Positions 8,819 to 19,701 of a stretch of DNA of 64,000 nt are shown here, piece after piece. The notes beneath the pieces were generated by a model. The model did no database searches, was not told the DNA's origin, and saw only the letters and a list, made by a program, of their open reading frames with translations. Position 1 is the stretch's first letter, and each line of letters starts with the position of its first letter. Location of the stretch: positions 8,366 to 72,365 of the forward strand of contig CAYPVK010000007.1 in NCBI GenBank assembly GCA_964414185.1, read 5' to 3'. The stretch comes from an uncultured Lactobacillales bacterium (GTDB taxonomy: Bacteria; Pseudomonadota; Alphaproteobacteria; CAAHEQ01; UBA3637). Both the position numbers and the translations under genes were made by a program.

Positions 8819-10780
8819 ATGCAATACCGAATAACTGTTTTATTTCCGTCCCCGCTGCCGTGTTTTGATTATAAATCGGATGTAGAGCTTGTCCCCGGAA
8901 CATTTGTTTATGCTCCGTTCGGGCGCAAACAAACACTCGGCGTTGTATGGGATAAAGCGCCCAATTTAAATTTTGATGACGCTAAGGTCAAACAAATTTC
9001 CACCGTGTGCGATATGGAACCGTTGCCCACCCAAAGTATTGATTTCATCAATTGGGTGGCAAAATACACACTTTCACCGCCGGGCGCGGTTTTAAAAATG
9101 GCATTAATATCGGATTTGGAAAAAAGCTCAAAAAAACCTTGTGTCTTTGAAACGCCCGATTCCACCCATCAACTGATTATTTTTTCCGAAGAACAACAAG
9201 CGGCCGTTGAAACACTTAACGCCAAAATCGGTGGCGGATTCAATGTTTCATTATTGGATGGCGTTACGGGTTCGGGCAAAACGGAAGTTTATTTTGAAAC
9301 ACTGTCAAATGCTTTAAAAAAAGGCGGGCAAGTGTTGGTTTTGCTGCCCGAAATCATATTAACGGCCGCTTGGTTGGACCGTTTTGAAAAACGTTTCGGC
9401 GTCAAACCGGCACTGTGGCATTCATCCATTACGCAAAAAACGCGCCGCGATACGTGGAAAGCGGTTAAATCGGGCCAAGCGCGCGTTATTGTCGGAGCGC
9501 GGTCGGCTTTATTTTTGCCGTTTAAAGAATTAAAACTCATTATCGTGGATGAAGAACACGACGCCTCATTCAAACAAGAAGACGGCGTTTTGTACCATGC
9601 ACGCGATATGGCTATTGTGCGTGCCAAAATCGCAAATTGTCCGATTATTTTGGCATCGGCAACTCCCAGTTTGGAAACGTGGTGCAATATGGCAGCGGGC
9701 AAATATGACCATGTCAGCTTGCCGTCCCGTTATGCCAAAGCCGTTATGCCGGATATTCATATCGTTGATATGCGTGCCCGTGAAAAAGGCCCCGTAAAAT
9801 TTATATCGGAAACGTTAAAAGGGCATATTGCCCAAACGTTGGCACGGCATGAACAAACATTGTTGTTTATCAATCGCCGCGGCTATGCGCCATTGGTTTT
9901 GTGCCGCGCGTGCGGGGAAAGATTGAAATGCCCCCATTGTTCGGCATGGCTTGTCGAACACCGGCGCGGCGGATACGTCCAATGCCACCACTGCGGCTAT
10001 ACGAAAAAAACACCGACCGCCTGCCCCGCTTGCGGTGAACAAGGAACAATGGTTTCATGTGGCCCGGGCGTTGAACGCATTTACGAAGAAGTGTGCGAAG
10101 CGTTCCCCGATGCACGTTCTCAAATCGTTACGTCGGATACATTAAACAACCCCAAAGAATTTGCCGAACTGTTGGATAAAATGGCAAACGGGTTGTTGGA
10201 TATTTTAATCGGCACGCAAATGCTTGCCAAAGGGCACCATTTTGCAAATTTAACATTGGTCGGCGTCATTGATGCCGATATGGGATTGGCGGGCGGCGAT
10301 TTACGTGCATCGGAACGTACGTTTCAGTTATTGCATCAGGTTATGGGGCGAGCCGGACGTGAAAATAAAAAAGGAACGGCTTTGTTGCAATCCTATTTGC
10401 CCGATAATGCGATTATTCAGGCATTAAAAAACAATGATCGCAGCGGTTTTTTAAATGAAGAAATGACGGCACGGCAACTGTTGAATATGCCGCCGTTCGG
10501 TAAATTAGCCGGCATTATCATCAGCGGCAAAAATGAAGAATTAACCTATAAAACGGCACAAAATTTGATTAAAGCCGCACCCTTTATGGCCGGTGTGGAA
10601 GTATTGGGCCCCGTCCCTGCCCCGTTAGCATTGTTGCGCGGCAAATATCGTTTTCGGATATTGGTAAAAAGTAACAAAGAAATCAAATTGCAACAAATTT
10701 TAACCCGTTGGATGGCGCTGGTCAATATTCCGTCCGGCGTTGATATCCGTTTGGACATTGATCCGTACAGTTTTTTTTAA
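8819..10780 (+). CDS. priA: Primosomal protein N'
   Basis: GVTGSGKT, DEEH, SATP, CxxC zinc motifs, C-terminal DIDP. Confidence 0.95.
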   Translation: MQYRITVLFPSPLPCFDYKSDVELVPGTFVYAPFGRKQTLGVVWDKAPNLNFDDAKVKQISTVCDMEPLPTQSIDFINWVAKYTLSPPGAVLKMALISDLEKSSKKPCVFETPDSTHQLIIFSEEQQAAVETLNAKIGGGFNVSLLDGVTGSGKTEVYFETLSNALKKGGQVLVLLPEIILTAAWLDRFEKRFGVKPALWHSSITQKTRRDTWKAVKSGQARVIVGARSALFLPFKELKLIIVDEEHDASFKQEDGVLYHARDMAIVRAKIANCPIILASATPSLETWCNMAAGKYDHVSLPSRYAKAVMPDIHIVDMRAREKGPVKFISETLKGHIAQTLARHEQTLLFINRRGYAPLVLCRACGERLKCPHCSAWLVEHRRGGYVQCHHCGYTKKTPTACPACGEQGTMVSCGPGVERIYEEVCEAFPDARSQIVTSDTLNNPKEFAELLDKMANGLLDILIGTQMLAKGHHFANLTLVGVIDADMGLAGGDLRASERTFQLLHQVMGRAGRENKKGTALLQSYLPDNAIIQALKNNDRSGFLNEEMTARQLLNMPPFGKLAGIIISGKNEELTYKTAQNLIKAAPFMAGVEVLGPVPAPLALLRGKYRFRILVKSNKEIKLQQILTRWMALVNIPSGVDIRLDIDPYSFF

Positions 10781-10920
10781 AACTTTCAAACATCGTTTCG
10801 GCAATTATTTTTACTGACATAACATACTAATCTTTTTAATAAATTTACTTGACAAGCGACGAAAGGATACACAAGTTATCTAAGTAAAACAATTAACTTC
10901 ATTAAAAAAGGAACAAAAGT

Positions 10921-11025
10921 ATGTCGCAGTTTGGGATGCTCGTCAAAAAAATGTTTGTTCTTTTTTTGTTTGGGGTTTTAATAGCAATTTGGGGTGTGTA
11001 TGCTATTTTAATTCGCCAAAAATAA
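10921..11025 (+). CDS. Small single-TM peptide (34 aa), absent from the ORF track
   Basis: MSQFGMLVKKMFVLFLFGVLIAIWGVYAILIRQK*, AAGGA RBS upstream, 13 bp before the next gene. Confidence 0.5.
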   Translation: MSQFGMLVKKMFVLFLFGVLIAIWGVYAILIRQK

Positions 11026-11038
11026 AGGGGGGAAACAA

Positions 11039-11326
11039 ATGAGTGATGTATCAACGCAAGAAGATAAAGAAATGATGAACAACGATAAATTGACAATGGA
11101 TGAAAAAGAAACTTTAAAACATGAAATGAAAGAAGCTTTCGGTGAATTTCCCATTGAACTTAAACAACGCATTTTGGATACGAAAAAAGAAAAATTAAGA
11201 ACTCTCTATATGATTCAAGGGTGGGCAAAAGAAAACGGTCACGAAACGTTATCCGACTTGTTGGTCCGCAAAATTGCCCATAAAGAAGAAAAAATTTCAA
11301 AACTTGAACAGGAAATTCAAGCCTAA
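11039..11326 (+). CDS. Hypothetical charged helical protein
   Basis: 95-aa ORF with GGGGG RBS, K/E-rich. Confidence 0.6.
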   Translation: MSDVSTQEDKEMMNNDKLTMDEKETLKHEMKEAFGEFPIELKQRILDTKKEKLRTLYMIQGWAKENGHETLSDLLVRKIAHKEEKISKLEQEIQA

Positions 11327-11331
11327 AATCT

Positions 11332-11589
11332 ATGGAGGGGAAAATGTCCGAACAAACAAAACCATATCGTAAGCAAGATTATGCTTTAGGCAACGGCCTT
11401 TTCCTTTCTGCCAGACAGGTAGCCGTATTAGAGCAATTAAATCTGGGGCTTGCAAATAAACAAATTGCGCACAATTTAGGCGTTGCCGAACCGACCATTA
11501 AAATGCACATCAGCGCACTGTTGCGGGCTTTTAATGTTCAAAATCGGGTGCAAGTGTTGTTGAAAGCAAAAGAAATGGGATTTATTTGA
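11332..11589 (+). CDS. Stand-alone LuxR/GerE-type HTH regulator
   Basis: LSARQVAVL...GLANKQIAHNLGVAEPTIKMHISALLRAFNVQNR; no receiver domain. Confidence 0.9.
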   Translation: MEGKMSEQTKPYRKQDYALGNGLFLSARQVAVLEQLNLGLANKQIAHNLGVAEPTIKMHISALLRAFNVQNRVQVLLKAKEMGFI

Positions 11590-11609
11590 CATTTCAAATG
11601 AGATATGAC

Positions 11610-11632
11610 AGCCCCGCAAGGGGCTTTTTTTT
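11610..11632 (+). terminator. Intrinsic terminator
   Basis: AGCCCC-GCAA-GGGGCT followed by a T run. Confidence 0.85.
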
Positions 11633-11684
11633 AATATCGGACAACAAATTTATTTAAAACCCGCGCAAAAAATAATATCCGAAA

Positions 11685-13562
11685 TTACTTTTTCGATTTT
11701 AAATATCCCAAAACGGCAGTTACCGAAGCCGGCGTTGTCCCCGTCATGCGCATCATTGCTCCGATTGTGGCTGGGCGAGTGCGTTCCAAACGCCCGATGA
11801 TTTCCGCCGATAAACCGCCGATTTTTTTGTAATTTGTATCATAGGGAATTTTTAACGCTTCATCTTTTCTGAAAGCATCAATATCCATTTGTTGACGCGC
11901 CAAATATCCGCTATAGCGTCCTTCTATTTCCAACAATTCGGCAACATCTGTACGGATTTTTCCAAGGCTGGGCCAAGCGCGTACCAAATCGTTCCATGTT
12001 ACGTTTTGATACGCCAACATATCCAACGGTGTCCGGCGCATACCGTCCTGATTGATATTAAATCCCAGCGCAATGAGTTCTTTGGGCGTATGGACAATTT
12101 GCGATATATGTTTTTTGGCTTCTTCATACAATTTTTTCTTATTCAAAAAGGCTTGGCGCCGCTCTTCGCCAACGCAACCGATATCAATACCCTTCCCGGT
12201 CAAACGCATATCGGCATTGTCCGCCCGCATCGTCAAACGGTATTCGGCACGCGACGTAAACAAACGATAGGGTTCATCGACGCCAAGCGTTGTAATATCG
12301 TCTATCATCACGCCCAAATAGCTGTCCGCCCGGTCAAAAGTCAATGTATCCGTACGACCAAGTGCTTTTAATGCGGCATTGACACCTGCTACCAAACCTT
12401 GGCCGGCAGCTTCTTCATAACCCGTCGTACCGTTGATTTGTCCTGCCAAAAACAACCCGTCGACTTTTTTTGTTTCCAATGTGATTTTAAGTTCTCTGGG
12501 GTCGACGTAATCATATTCAATCGCATAGGCATAACGCAAAATTTTAACATTTTCCAACCCCGGAATCGTGCGCAAAAATGCCTCTTGCACATCTTTGGGC
12601 ATAGATGTTGAAATCCCGTTCGGGTAAATGGAATTGCCCTCTTTCGTTTCGGGTTCCAAAAAAATATGATGGCTATTGCGCCCTGCAAAGCGCACGATTT
12701 TATCTTCAATACTTGGGCAATATCTGGGACCCACGGATTTAATTTGCCCCGAATACATCGGCGCACGGGATAAATTATCCGTTAAAATTTTATGCGTTTC
12801 AATCGTTGTGTGCGTAATATAACACGGCAACTGTTCGGGATTAAAATCTTTTGTCAAGTATGAAAACGGCCGCGGGGGCATATCGCCGTCTTGACGTTCG
12901 CATTTTGTCCAATCAATCGAATTTTTATCCAATCGCGCAGGCGTCCCCGTTTTCAGGCGTGACACCGTCAATCCCATATTTTTTAACGCCGGCGTAATCC
13001 CCGAACTTGCCGGTTCTCCGTAACGACCGCCGGGCGTTTTTTCTTCCCCGATATGCATTAAGCCGTTTAAAAAGGTCCCCGTTGTAATGACAACGCTTGA
13101 TGCACGGATATCTTCACCGCCTGCCCGAACCCCCAAAACTTTATGAGCGACCAATTCACCGTCAATTGTGTTTATCGGCATAAATAAAATATCATCGGCA
13201 GATGCTTCCATTAAAGTCAAATTCGGGTAATCCGATAAAATACGTTGCATTTCAAATTTATAAGCTTCTTTATCGGCTTGCGCGCGCGGGCCTTGTACGG
13301 CGGCACCTTTGGAAGAATTCAGCATACGAAATTGCAAGCCTGTTTTATCAATAACGCGCCCCATTAACCCGTCCAACGCATCCACTTCACGCACAACGGT
13401 GCCTTTGCCCAAACCGCCGATGGCCGGATTGCAAGACATATCGCCGATGGTTGCGATTTTGTGCGTGATAAGAACGGTTTTTGCTCCCGTTCGGGCTGCT
13501 GCGGCCGCCGCTTCAATACCGGCATGACCGCCGCCGACAACTATTACATCAAAAGCTTTCAT
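11685..13562 (-). CDS. mnmG: tRNA uridine-5-carboxymethylaminomethyl modification enzyme
   Basis: [39 protein letters not shown]. Confidence 0.97.
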   Translation of the reverse strand: MKAFDVIVVGGGHAGIEAAAAAARTGAKTVLITHKIATIGDMSCNPAIGGLGKGTVVREVDALDGLMGRVIDKTGLQFRMLNSSKGAAVQGPRAQADKEAYKFEMQRILSDYPNLTLMEASADDILFMPINTIDGELVAHKVLGVRAGGEDIRASSVVITTGTFLNGLMHIGEEKTPGGRYGEPASSGITPALKNMGLTVSRLKTGTPARLDKNSIDWTKCERQDGDMPPRPFSYLTKDFNPEQLPCYITHTTIETHKILTDNLSRAPMYSGQIKSVGPRYCPSIEDKIVRFAGRNSHHIFLEPETKEGNSIYPNGISTSMPKDVQEAFLRTIPGLENVKILRYAYAIEYDYVDPRELKITLETKKVDGLFLAGQINGTTGYEEAAGQGLVAGVNAALKALGRTDTLTFDRADSYLGVMIDDITTLGVDEPYRLFTSRAEYRLTMRADNADMRLTGKGIDIGCVGEERRQAFLNKKKLYEEAKKHISQIVHTPKELIALGFNINQDGMRRTPLDMLAYQNVTWNDLVRAWPSLGKIRTDVAELLEIEGRYSGYLARQQMDIDAFRKDEALKIPYDTNYKKIGGLSAEIIGRLERTRPATIGAMMRMTGTTPASVTAVLGYLKSKK

Positions 13563-13674
13563 TTTTCTACCTGTTTTTTATGATGCTTTATACTCTTTTA
13601 TGATAAGTTTGTAAAGCAAGAATTAAAATAGATTATATGCGAACATAAAAAGTAAAAAATACATTTTATCAATT

Positions 13675-15003
13675 TTATTTCCCGATACAAAAATCGCGGA
13701 AAATAACATCCAACAATTCATCGGCATCAATAACGCCCGTGATACGCCCCAATGCTCGGTTAGCCATCCGCAAATCTTCGGCTTTTAATTCCAATTCGGG
13801 AGCATTTAAAGAATTTTCAAGAGCTTTTTGGCATTCTTTCAAAGCAATGCGATAACGTTCCCGCGTAATAACGCCGTTTTGCGCCATTGCCAAGGAATCG
13901 GACAAAACAGATTTAATTTTATCCCATAACGCATCAATGCCATCACCCGTTTTGGCACTGATTACGTCTTCTTTTATTTCACGCGAAACTTCATCAACCT
14001 TATTCCACAAAGTTAAAATATGTTTATTTGCCAATTCATCGGGCAATTTGTCAACATGCGGATAATTTTTGGCATCCAGCACATGCAAAATCAAATCGGC
14101 ATCGGACGCTTTTTTGACGGCACGGCGAATACCTTCGGATTCAATTTCTTCCGTCCCTTCGCGTAATCCCGCCGTATCGGCCAAAATAACGGGGAAACCC
14201 GCAACATCCAAATGCGCTTCAACCACGTCACGTGTCGTTCCCGCGGTTTGAGAAACGATTGCCACATCTTTTTTTGTTAATGCATTTATCAAAGATGATT
14301 TGCCGACATTCGGTACGCCGACAATGGCAACCAAAAACCCTTCGCGCAAACGCTGCCCGATTTTCTTATCATCAAGATGTGCTTTAATATCATTAATTAA
14401 TTTATTGATTTGTAAATCTATTTTATCTAAATTTTCTTGCGGAATTTCTTCTTCGGGAAAATCAATAAAGGCTTCCAAATATGCCATATGATGCTTTAAA
14501 TCGGCACGCCATCCTTCATATAGGGCACTCAAATTTCCGTCCATCTGTGAAAAAGCCTGCGCGCGTTGCAATTCGGTTTCGGCATCGATTAAATCCATTA
14601 ATCCTTCGGCCTTTGTCAAATCCATTTTGCCCGCAACAACGGCACGACGCGAATATTCGCCGGGTTCCGCCGGACGACAACCGTCAATTTTGCCGATAGC
14701 TCCCATCACGGCATTAATAACGCCCCTGCCCCCGTGAACATGAAATTCAACGACGTCTTCGCCGGTAAAACTGTAAGGCCCCTTAAAATAAATCATCAAC
14801 GGTTTGTCAAGAACAATACCGTCCGATTTAATTTCGGTAAAATATGCATAGCGGGGCTTTGGATTTTCTATTCGGGTTAAACAATGAACAACTTCCAACA
14901 CTTTTTTACCCGATACGCGGATGACGGCAACACCACCTTTGCCTGCACCAGACGAAAGGGCATAAATGGTATCTTGTGTATTGTAAGACGGCGTTGTTAT
15001 CAT
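13675..15003 (-). CDS. mnmE: tRNA modification GTPase
   Basis: SFTGEDVVE, GVPNVGKSS, GTTRD, C-terminal FCIGK. Confidence 0.97.
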   Translation of the reverse strand: MITTPSYNTQDTIYALSSGAGKGGVAVIRVSGKKVLEVVHCLTRIENPKPRYAYFTEIKSDGIVLDKPLMIYFKGPYSFTGEDVVEFHVHGGRGVINAVMGAIGKIDGCRPAEPGEYSRRAVVAGKMDLTKAEGLMDLIDAETELQRAQAFSQMDGNLSALYEGWRADLKHHMAYLEAFIDFPEEEIPQENLDKIDLQINKLINDIKAHLDDKKIGQRLREGFLVAIVGVPNVGKSSLINALTKKDVAIVSQTAGTTRDVVEAHLDVAGFPVILADTAGLREGTEEIESEGIRRAVKKASDADLILHVLDAKNYPHVDKLPDELANKHILTLWNKVDEVSREIKEDVISAKTGDGIDALWDKIKSVLSDSLAMAQNGVITRERYRIALKECQKALENSLNAPELELKAEDLRMANRALGRITGVIDADELLDVIFRDFCIGK

Positions 15004-15047
15004 GGCATTATCCTTTGTATTGTATATGATAATCCGAAATACGGACG

Positions 15048-15689
15048 TTAAATTCCTTCGACCACTTTTGCGATTTCGACCCGCACCAAATCAATATTGA
15101 TGTTTTTTTCCGATGAAGTCACGATAATTTCCGGATAACACGCAACATGCGTCTTGCCGATTTCGTGTGTTTTTTGCAAAACTTTTTCCGAATCGATGCG
15201 TGAAATCTTATCGCATTTTGTTAAAATGATTTGGTAACAAACCGCTGCCGCATCCAACATTTTCATAATTTTCAAATCCACTTCTTTAATGCCGTGACGC
15301 GCATCAATTAACAAAAACACGCGGCGTAACTGAACCCGTCCGCGCAAATAAGCATGAATCATCCGCGTCCAGGATTGCACCATTTTTTCAGGTGCCTGTG
15401 CATAGCCATAGCCGGGCAAATCAACCAGATGGCACGCATCATCGACTTTGAAATAATTAAGCTGTTGCGTCCGTCCGGGCGTATTGGAAGCGCGTGCCAA
15501 ACCTTTAACCTTTGTAACGGCATTAATCAACGAAGATTTGCCCACATTCGAACGTCCGGCAAAAGCTATTTCCATCAAACCGTCCGTTGGCAATTGTTCC
15601 AAATCGGCAACCCCAAGTTCAAATTCGGGACGCGTTTTAAACAACTCATCGCCGGCCTTTACCAATCGTTCCAATTCTTGCGATTCCAT
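15048..15689 (-). CDS. engB: GTP-binding protein EngB/YihA
   Basis: FAGRSNVGKSS, PGRTQQLN, DLPGYGYA, TKCDK. Confidence 0.95.
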   Translation of the reverse strand: MESQELERLVKAGDELFKTRPEFELGVADLEQLPTDGLMEIAFAGRSNVGKSSLINAVTKVKGLARASNTPGRTQQLNYFKVDDACHLVDLPGYGYAQAPEKMVQSWTRMIHAYLRGRVQLRRVFLLIDARHGIKEVDLKIMKMLDAAAVCYQIILTKCDKISRIDSEKVLQKTHEIGKTHVACYPEIIVTSSEKNINIDLVRVEIAKVVEGI

Positions 15690-15780
15690 AATCCACCTGC
15701 TTCCATATTTTTAAATAAACGGGGCGGCAAAATAAATGTAAACCGCCCCTCGGCATTTTATTAAAAAACCTGCGGCGCCT

Positions 15781-17448
15781 TTATTTCACGCCGACTTTTT
15801 TCATAATGTATTTTTGTTGAATAATCGACAAAACATTGCTCCAAGCCCAATAAATCACCAACCCGGATGCAAAATGCCCCAACATAAACGTGAAAATAAC
15901 CGGCATCATTTTAAACATATTGGCTTGCGCTTTGTCTGTCGGCGCGGGGCCCAATTTTTGTTGAATATACATCGTGATTCCCATGACAATCGGCCATACA
16001 CCGATATTTAAAACGCTTGGAATCGGCCAATCGATTAATCCGAACAATGTAAATACCGAAGACGGATCGGGTGCCGATAAATCTTGAATCCAACCGAAAA
16101 ACGGTGCTTGACGCATATTAATCGATACGGATAACACTTTGTAAAGCGCGAAGAAAACCGGAATTTGAATCAACATCGGCAAACATCCGCCCGCCGGATT
16201 GATTTTTTCACGCTTATACAAATTCATCGTTTCTTGTTGCAACATCATGCGGTTGTCTTTATAACGATCCTGTATAGCTTTTAATTTCGGCTGAACCTTT
16301 CGCATTTTGGCCATGCTTTCATAAGATTTCGTTGCAATCGGCAACATCGCAATACGTAAAAGCGTTGCAAAAATCAAAATGGCGACGCCCATATTTCCGA
16401 CCAACAGATACAGCCAATTCAAGAAATACAAAAACGGTTTCGTTAAGAAATAAAACCATCCGAAATCAATGCTTAAATCAAATTTGGGGATACCCAAATT
16501 TTCGCCATAGGCATTGATTAATGACAACTGTTTGGCCCCCGCGAACAAATAGGTTACTTTTGTCACGCTTGAACCGGAGGCGACAGTTTCTCCCGGCGTT
16601 TGGAACATAGCCGTATACAAATTGCCGTTTTGGCTGAACGCCACTTCGACATTTTTCGTTTTTTGATCAAAAATCAAAGCTGTTTGCCAATATTTTTCGG
16701 TAATGCCGAGCCAGCCGCCCGTTGTTTTTTCTTTAAACGGATCGTCTTCAACATCATCCAATTTCTTTTCAACCAGTTTGTTATCAAACACGCCGATAAA
16801 ACCTTCATGCACGGGCGATACATTGAATGCTGTATCCATTCGGCGATTTATTTGTCCGTTCAAAGCAACCGAAATCGTTTCGTTTTTAAGGTTGTAAATC
16901 GTGTCTTTGAACGTAAACATATATGCATCGTCCACCGAAATTACGCGTTCAATGCGTACGTCTTTATTCGCGTATGTCAGTGTTAACGGCGTTTGAGGCG
17001 TCAATTTAACCCCGTCAGATTCCCAAACGGCATTATCCGTCGGCAACACGACATTCGGGCTTGTCCAATTAAGCGTTGTCCAATAATCATGCGGCTTTAA
17101 AAGCGTTACATCCGGGCTGTCGGGTGCCGTTGTTTCACGATATTTTGTCAAAGTCAACAAATCAATGCCGCCGCCGGAAATGCTGACGGTTCCTTTGATC
17201 ATATCATTTTGAAGAGGCAAAACAGCGGCTTCAACAGTGTCTTTCGGTTCAACAATATTTGCCGTATTAATCGGTTGAACGGGCGTCGGCTGAGCCGGTT
17301 CGGCCAATTCCAACCCTTGTGTTGAAGGAATGGTATCTTTGGGAGTCGGGAAAATATAATCCAGTGAAAACAACAACACTAAAATCAACACCAGCGCCAA
17401 TCCTAAATTTCTTTGTTCTTGTTTTGTTGCATCAATAGATTTCGACAT
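15781..17448 (-). CDS. yidC: Membrane protein insertase
   Basis: IDFGWFYFLTKP, INPAGGCLP, WIQDLSAPDP, GLVIYW. Confidence 0.97.
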   Translation of the reverse strand: MSKSIDATKQEQRNLGLALVLILVLLFSLDYIFPTPKDTIPSTQGLELAEPAQPTPVQPINTANIVEPKDTVEAAVLPLQNDMIKGTVSISGGGIDLLTLTKYRETTAPDSPDVTLLKPHDYWTTLNWTSPNVVLPTDNAVWESDGVKLTPQTPLTLTYANKDVRIERVISVDDAYMFTFKDTIYNLKNETISVALNGQINRRMDTAFNVSPVHEGFIGVFDNKLVEKKLDDVEDDPFKEKTTGGWLGITEKYWQTALIFDQKTKNVEVAFSQNGNLYTAMFQTPGETVASGSSVTKVTYLFAGAKQLSLINAYGENLGIPKFDLSIDFGWFYFLTKPFLYFLNWLYLLVGNMGVAILIFATLLRIAMLPIATKSYESMAKMRKVQPKLKAIQDRYKDNRMMLQQETMNLYKREKINPAGGCLPMLIQIPVFFALYKVLSVSINMRQAPFFGWIQDLSAPDPSSVFTLFGLIDWPIPSVLNIGVWPIVMGITMYIQQKLGPAPTDKAQANMFKMMPVIFTFMLGHFASGLVIYWAWSNVLSIIQQKYIMKKVGVK

Positions 17449-17694
17449 TTATTTTCCTTTTTTGTTTTTCTTTTCAATAACTTGCGGCACAGGGTCATAA
17501 CCGTGTCCGCCCCATGGATGACATTTAAAAATACGTTTGAGCGTTAATATAGCACCTTTAAAGGAGCCATGCAACAAAAAAGCTTGCTTGGCATATTCCG
17601 AACATGTCGGTTCAAATCGGCAAGTCCGCCCCATAAAGGAAGAAAAAGTCAGCTGATAAAAACGGATGAGAAATAAAAAAACATGTTTCATCAT
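17449..17694 (-). CDS. yidD: Membrane protein insertion efficiency factor
   Basis: CRFEPTCSEY, RIFKCHPWGGHGYDPVP. Confidence 0.95.
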   Translation of the reverse strand: MMKHVFLFLIRFYQLTFSSFMGRTCRFEPTCSEYAKQAFLLHGSFKGAILTLKRIFKCHPWGGHGYDPVPQVIEKKNKKGK

Positions 17695-17771
17695 TTATAC
17701 CCGATTTTGAGTGCAAAGAAAGGCGTTCAACAATATTTTCATAAAGAAAATTGCCATCACCGTCCGCTTTG

Positions 17772-18095
17772 TCAAATTCCGGAAATCAATTTTGCAAAAT
17801 CGGCTTGCAAATCCTTAAACGGTCGACGTATCGTTTCCATACGCCCGATAATGACAAAATCGTATCCCGTTTTATCAAAGGAAGGCAACCCCAACCGAAC
17901 GACTTCGCGCAATCGACGGCGGACACGGTTACGAACAACGGCATTCCCCACCTTTTTCGTTACGGTAAAACCGATACGGTTAATACCCAACGCGTTTTCT
18001 TTAAATTGCAAAACAAGGCCGGAAGACACAATCTTCCGCCCTTTATTTGCAATTTCCAAAAACTGTCTTCTTTTTTTTAGTTTGGCGGTTTTCAT
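17772..18095 (-). CDS. rnpA: Ribonuclease P protein component
   Basis: [25 protein letters not shown]; start at ATG 18095. Confidence 0.95.
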   Translation of the reverse strand: MKTAKLKKRRQFLEIANKGRKIVSSGLVLQFKENALGINRIGFTVTKKVGNAVVRNRVRRRLREVVRLGLPSFDKTGYDFVIIGRMETIRRPFKDLQADFAKLISGI

Positions 18096-18129
18096 GACGC
18101 CGCCCCTTTCCGTTAAGCTCGACAAAAGC

Positions 18130-18264
18130 TTAAGCGCTCAATTTTTTACGACCTTTGCGGCGACGTGCATTCAATACGGCGCGGCCACCGACAGTTGCCA
18201 TTCTGGCACGGAAACCATGTCTGCGCGTGCGGACGATTTTGCTTGGTTGATATGTTCTTTTCAT
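18130..18264 (-). CDS. rpmH: 50S ribosomal protein L34 (below ORF-track cutoff)
   Basis: Manual translation [44 protein letters not shown]. Confidence 0.97.
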   Translation of the reverse strand: MKRTYQPSKIVRTRRHGFRARMATVGGRAVLNARRRKGRKKLSA

Positions 18265-18453
18265 GACTCTACTCCTTTATAATCGGCCGCTGTTGTCACA
18301 ACATGCCGTGAACCGTTGATTTTTATCTGTTTTCATGTGCGCTTGCGTTTTAAATTTTTGAAAAACAAACGGCGCAGCATTTATGATTGCTCACAAATTT
18401 GTACGCTTTTATACCTTTTTTCGACATTAAAGTCAAGCATTATTTTGATTTTT

Positions 18454-19059
18454 TTATCGCTCTCGCCCCAAATTCAACAGCTTGTTGACCTGAGAAGCCG
18501 TTAAATCTTCCCTTTGCAACGCGTGCATAGCCGCGTACAAAACTTGTTTTAAACTTTCCACGCGCAGCGGGTCCATGCGCGAAACAGCCTTAAGTGCCGT
18601 TTCACGCGACACATCGTTACGCATACGCAAAGAGCTTAAACTTTTAACCAAATCCAATTCAACACCGGTTACGTCCAATTCCAATATTTCTTTATTTTGC
18701 CGACGGGAAATTTCTTGTTTTTTATCGGCATCGGTCATTTTGTTAAGTTCTGAACCGATTAATTTGGCATCTTCAATAAAAGTGCGACATTTGCGCAAAT
18801 GGTCGACCAATTTTTTCGCGGTTTCCAACAAAGGCGACGGCGGCGTTTGATTTTCCAATTCGGCAACCAATGCTTGAGCAACCTGATATTCTTCGCGCAT
18901 ATCAATATCCATTTGTTTCATGGTATCCATTTCGGCATTATCGACTATGCCGTCTTTGAAAATATCTCTGATTTCGCTTCTTAAAACTTCATAGTTTGTA
19001 ATAGATGCTTGGCGCGGTTCGGATAAATGGTTAATAATCGTAGTATATTCAAAAGACAT
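18454..19059 (-). CDS. Hypothetical helical protein
   Basis: 201-aa ORF with GGAGG RBS; no recognised motif. Confidence 0.7.
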   Translation of the reverse strand: MSFEYTTIINHLSEPRQASITNYEVLRSEIRDIFKDGIVDNAEMDTMKQMDIDMREEYQVAQALVAELENQTPPSPLLETAKKLVDHLRKCRTFIEDAKLIGSELNKMTDADKKQEISRRQNKEILELDVTGVELDLVKSLSSLRMRNDVSRETALKAVSRMDPLRVESLKQVLYAAMHALQREDLTASQVNKLLNLGRER

Positions 19060-19116
19060 AAGTGTCCTCCCGTCAATTAAAATTCAAAAACAACATAGGG
19101 TTATTATGTGCTTTTT

Positions 19117-19623
19117 TTATTTTTTTAGCAAGTCTTTTAATCCTTTAAAGGGATTTTGTTTTTGGCCGGGCGCTTCTTCAATATATTCAAAAGTTTCATC
19201 CGTAGAACGCGGGAACGGATCCAGTGCCAAACCGAATTGTTGGGCAATGATTTCACCCAAATTTAATTTGCCGTTCTTTATCATGTCGGAAACATCTTCT
19301 TCCATATCAATGTCAAAATCTTGCTCGGTATCGTAATCCACCCCTTTTTCGGAAAAAAATTCTTCAAAATGTGTCTTAAAATCATCATCGAATTCTTTTA
19401 ACGTTATAACACATATTTGTGTAATTTGCGCGCGAATATCGGCCGAAACTTTTAAAACGCGGTCTCCCGAAATTGAACCCGAAACTTGAAATGATTTGAC
19501 GGCGGGCAATTCGAAACGTTCTGATAAGGCTTTAAGTTCCTGCGCCGTGGCAATTAAATCAAAGGTTAAACCTTTCAGCGGGATTTTGGACACATCCAAA
19601 ATTTGAAACAGGTTGGTTTTCAT
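19117..19623 (-). CDS. DUF177/YceD family protein
   Basis: QICVITL, LNLGEIIAQQFGLALDPFPR, NPFKGLKDL. Confidence 0.85.
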   Translation of the reverse strand: MKTNLFQILDVSKIPLKGLTFDLIATAQELKALSERFELPAVKSFQVSGSISGDRVLKVSADIRAQITQICVITLKEFDDDFKTHFEEFFSEKGVDYDTEQDFDIDMEEDVSDMIKNGKLNLGEIIAQQFGLALDPFPRSTDETFEYIEEAPGQKQNPFKGLKDLLKK

Positions 19624-19701
19624 TTTTTATCCTTTTTTATTGACGGGTATGGCGAATTATTGTATAAATGCCTATATGCTTATAACAGTGTAACAGAGAT
19701 T

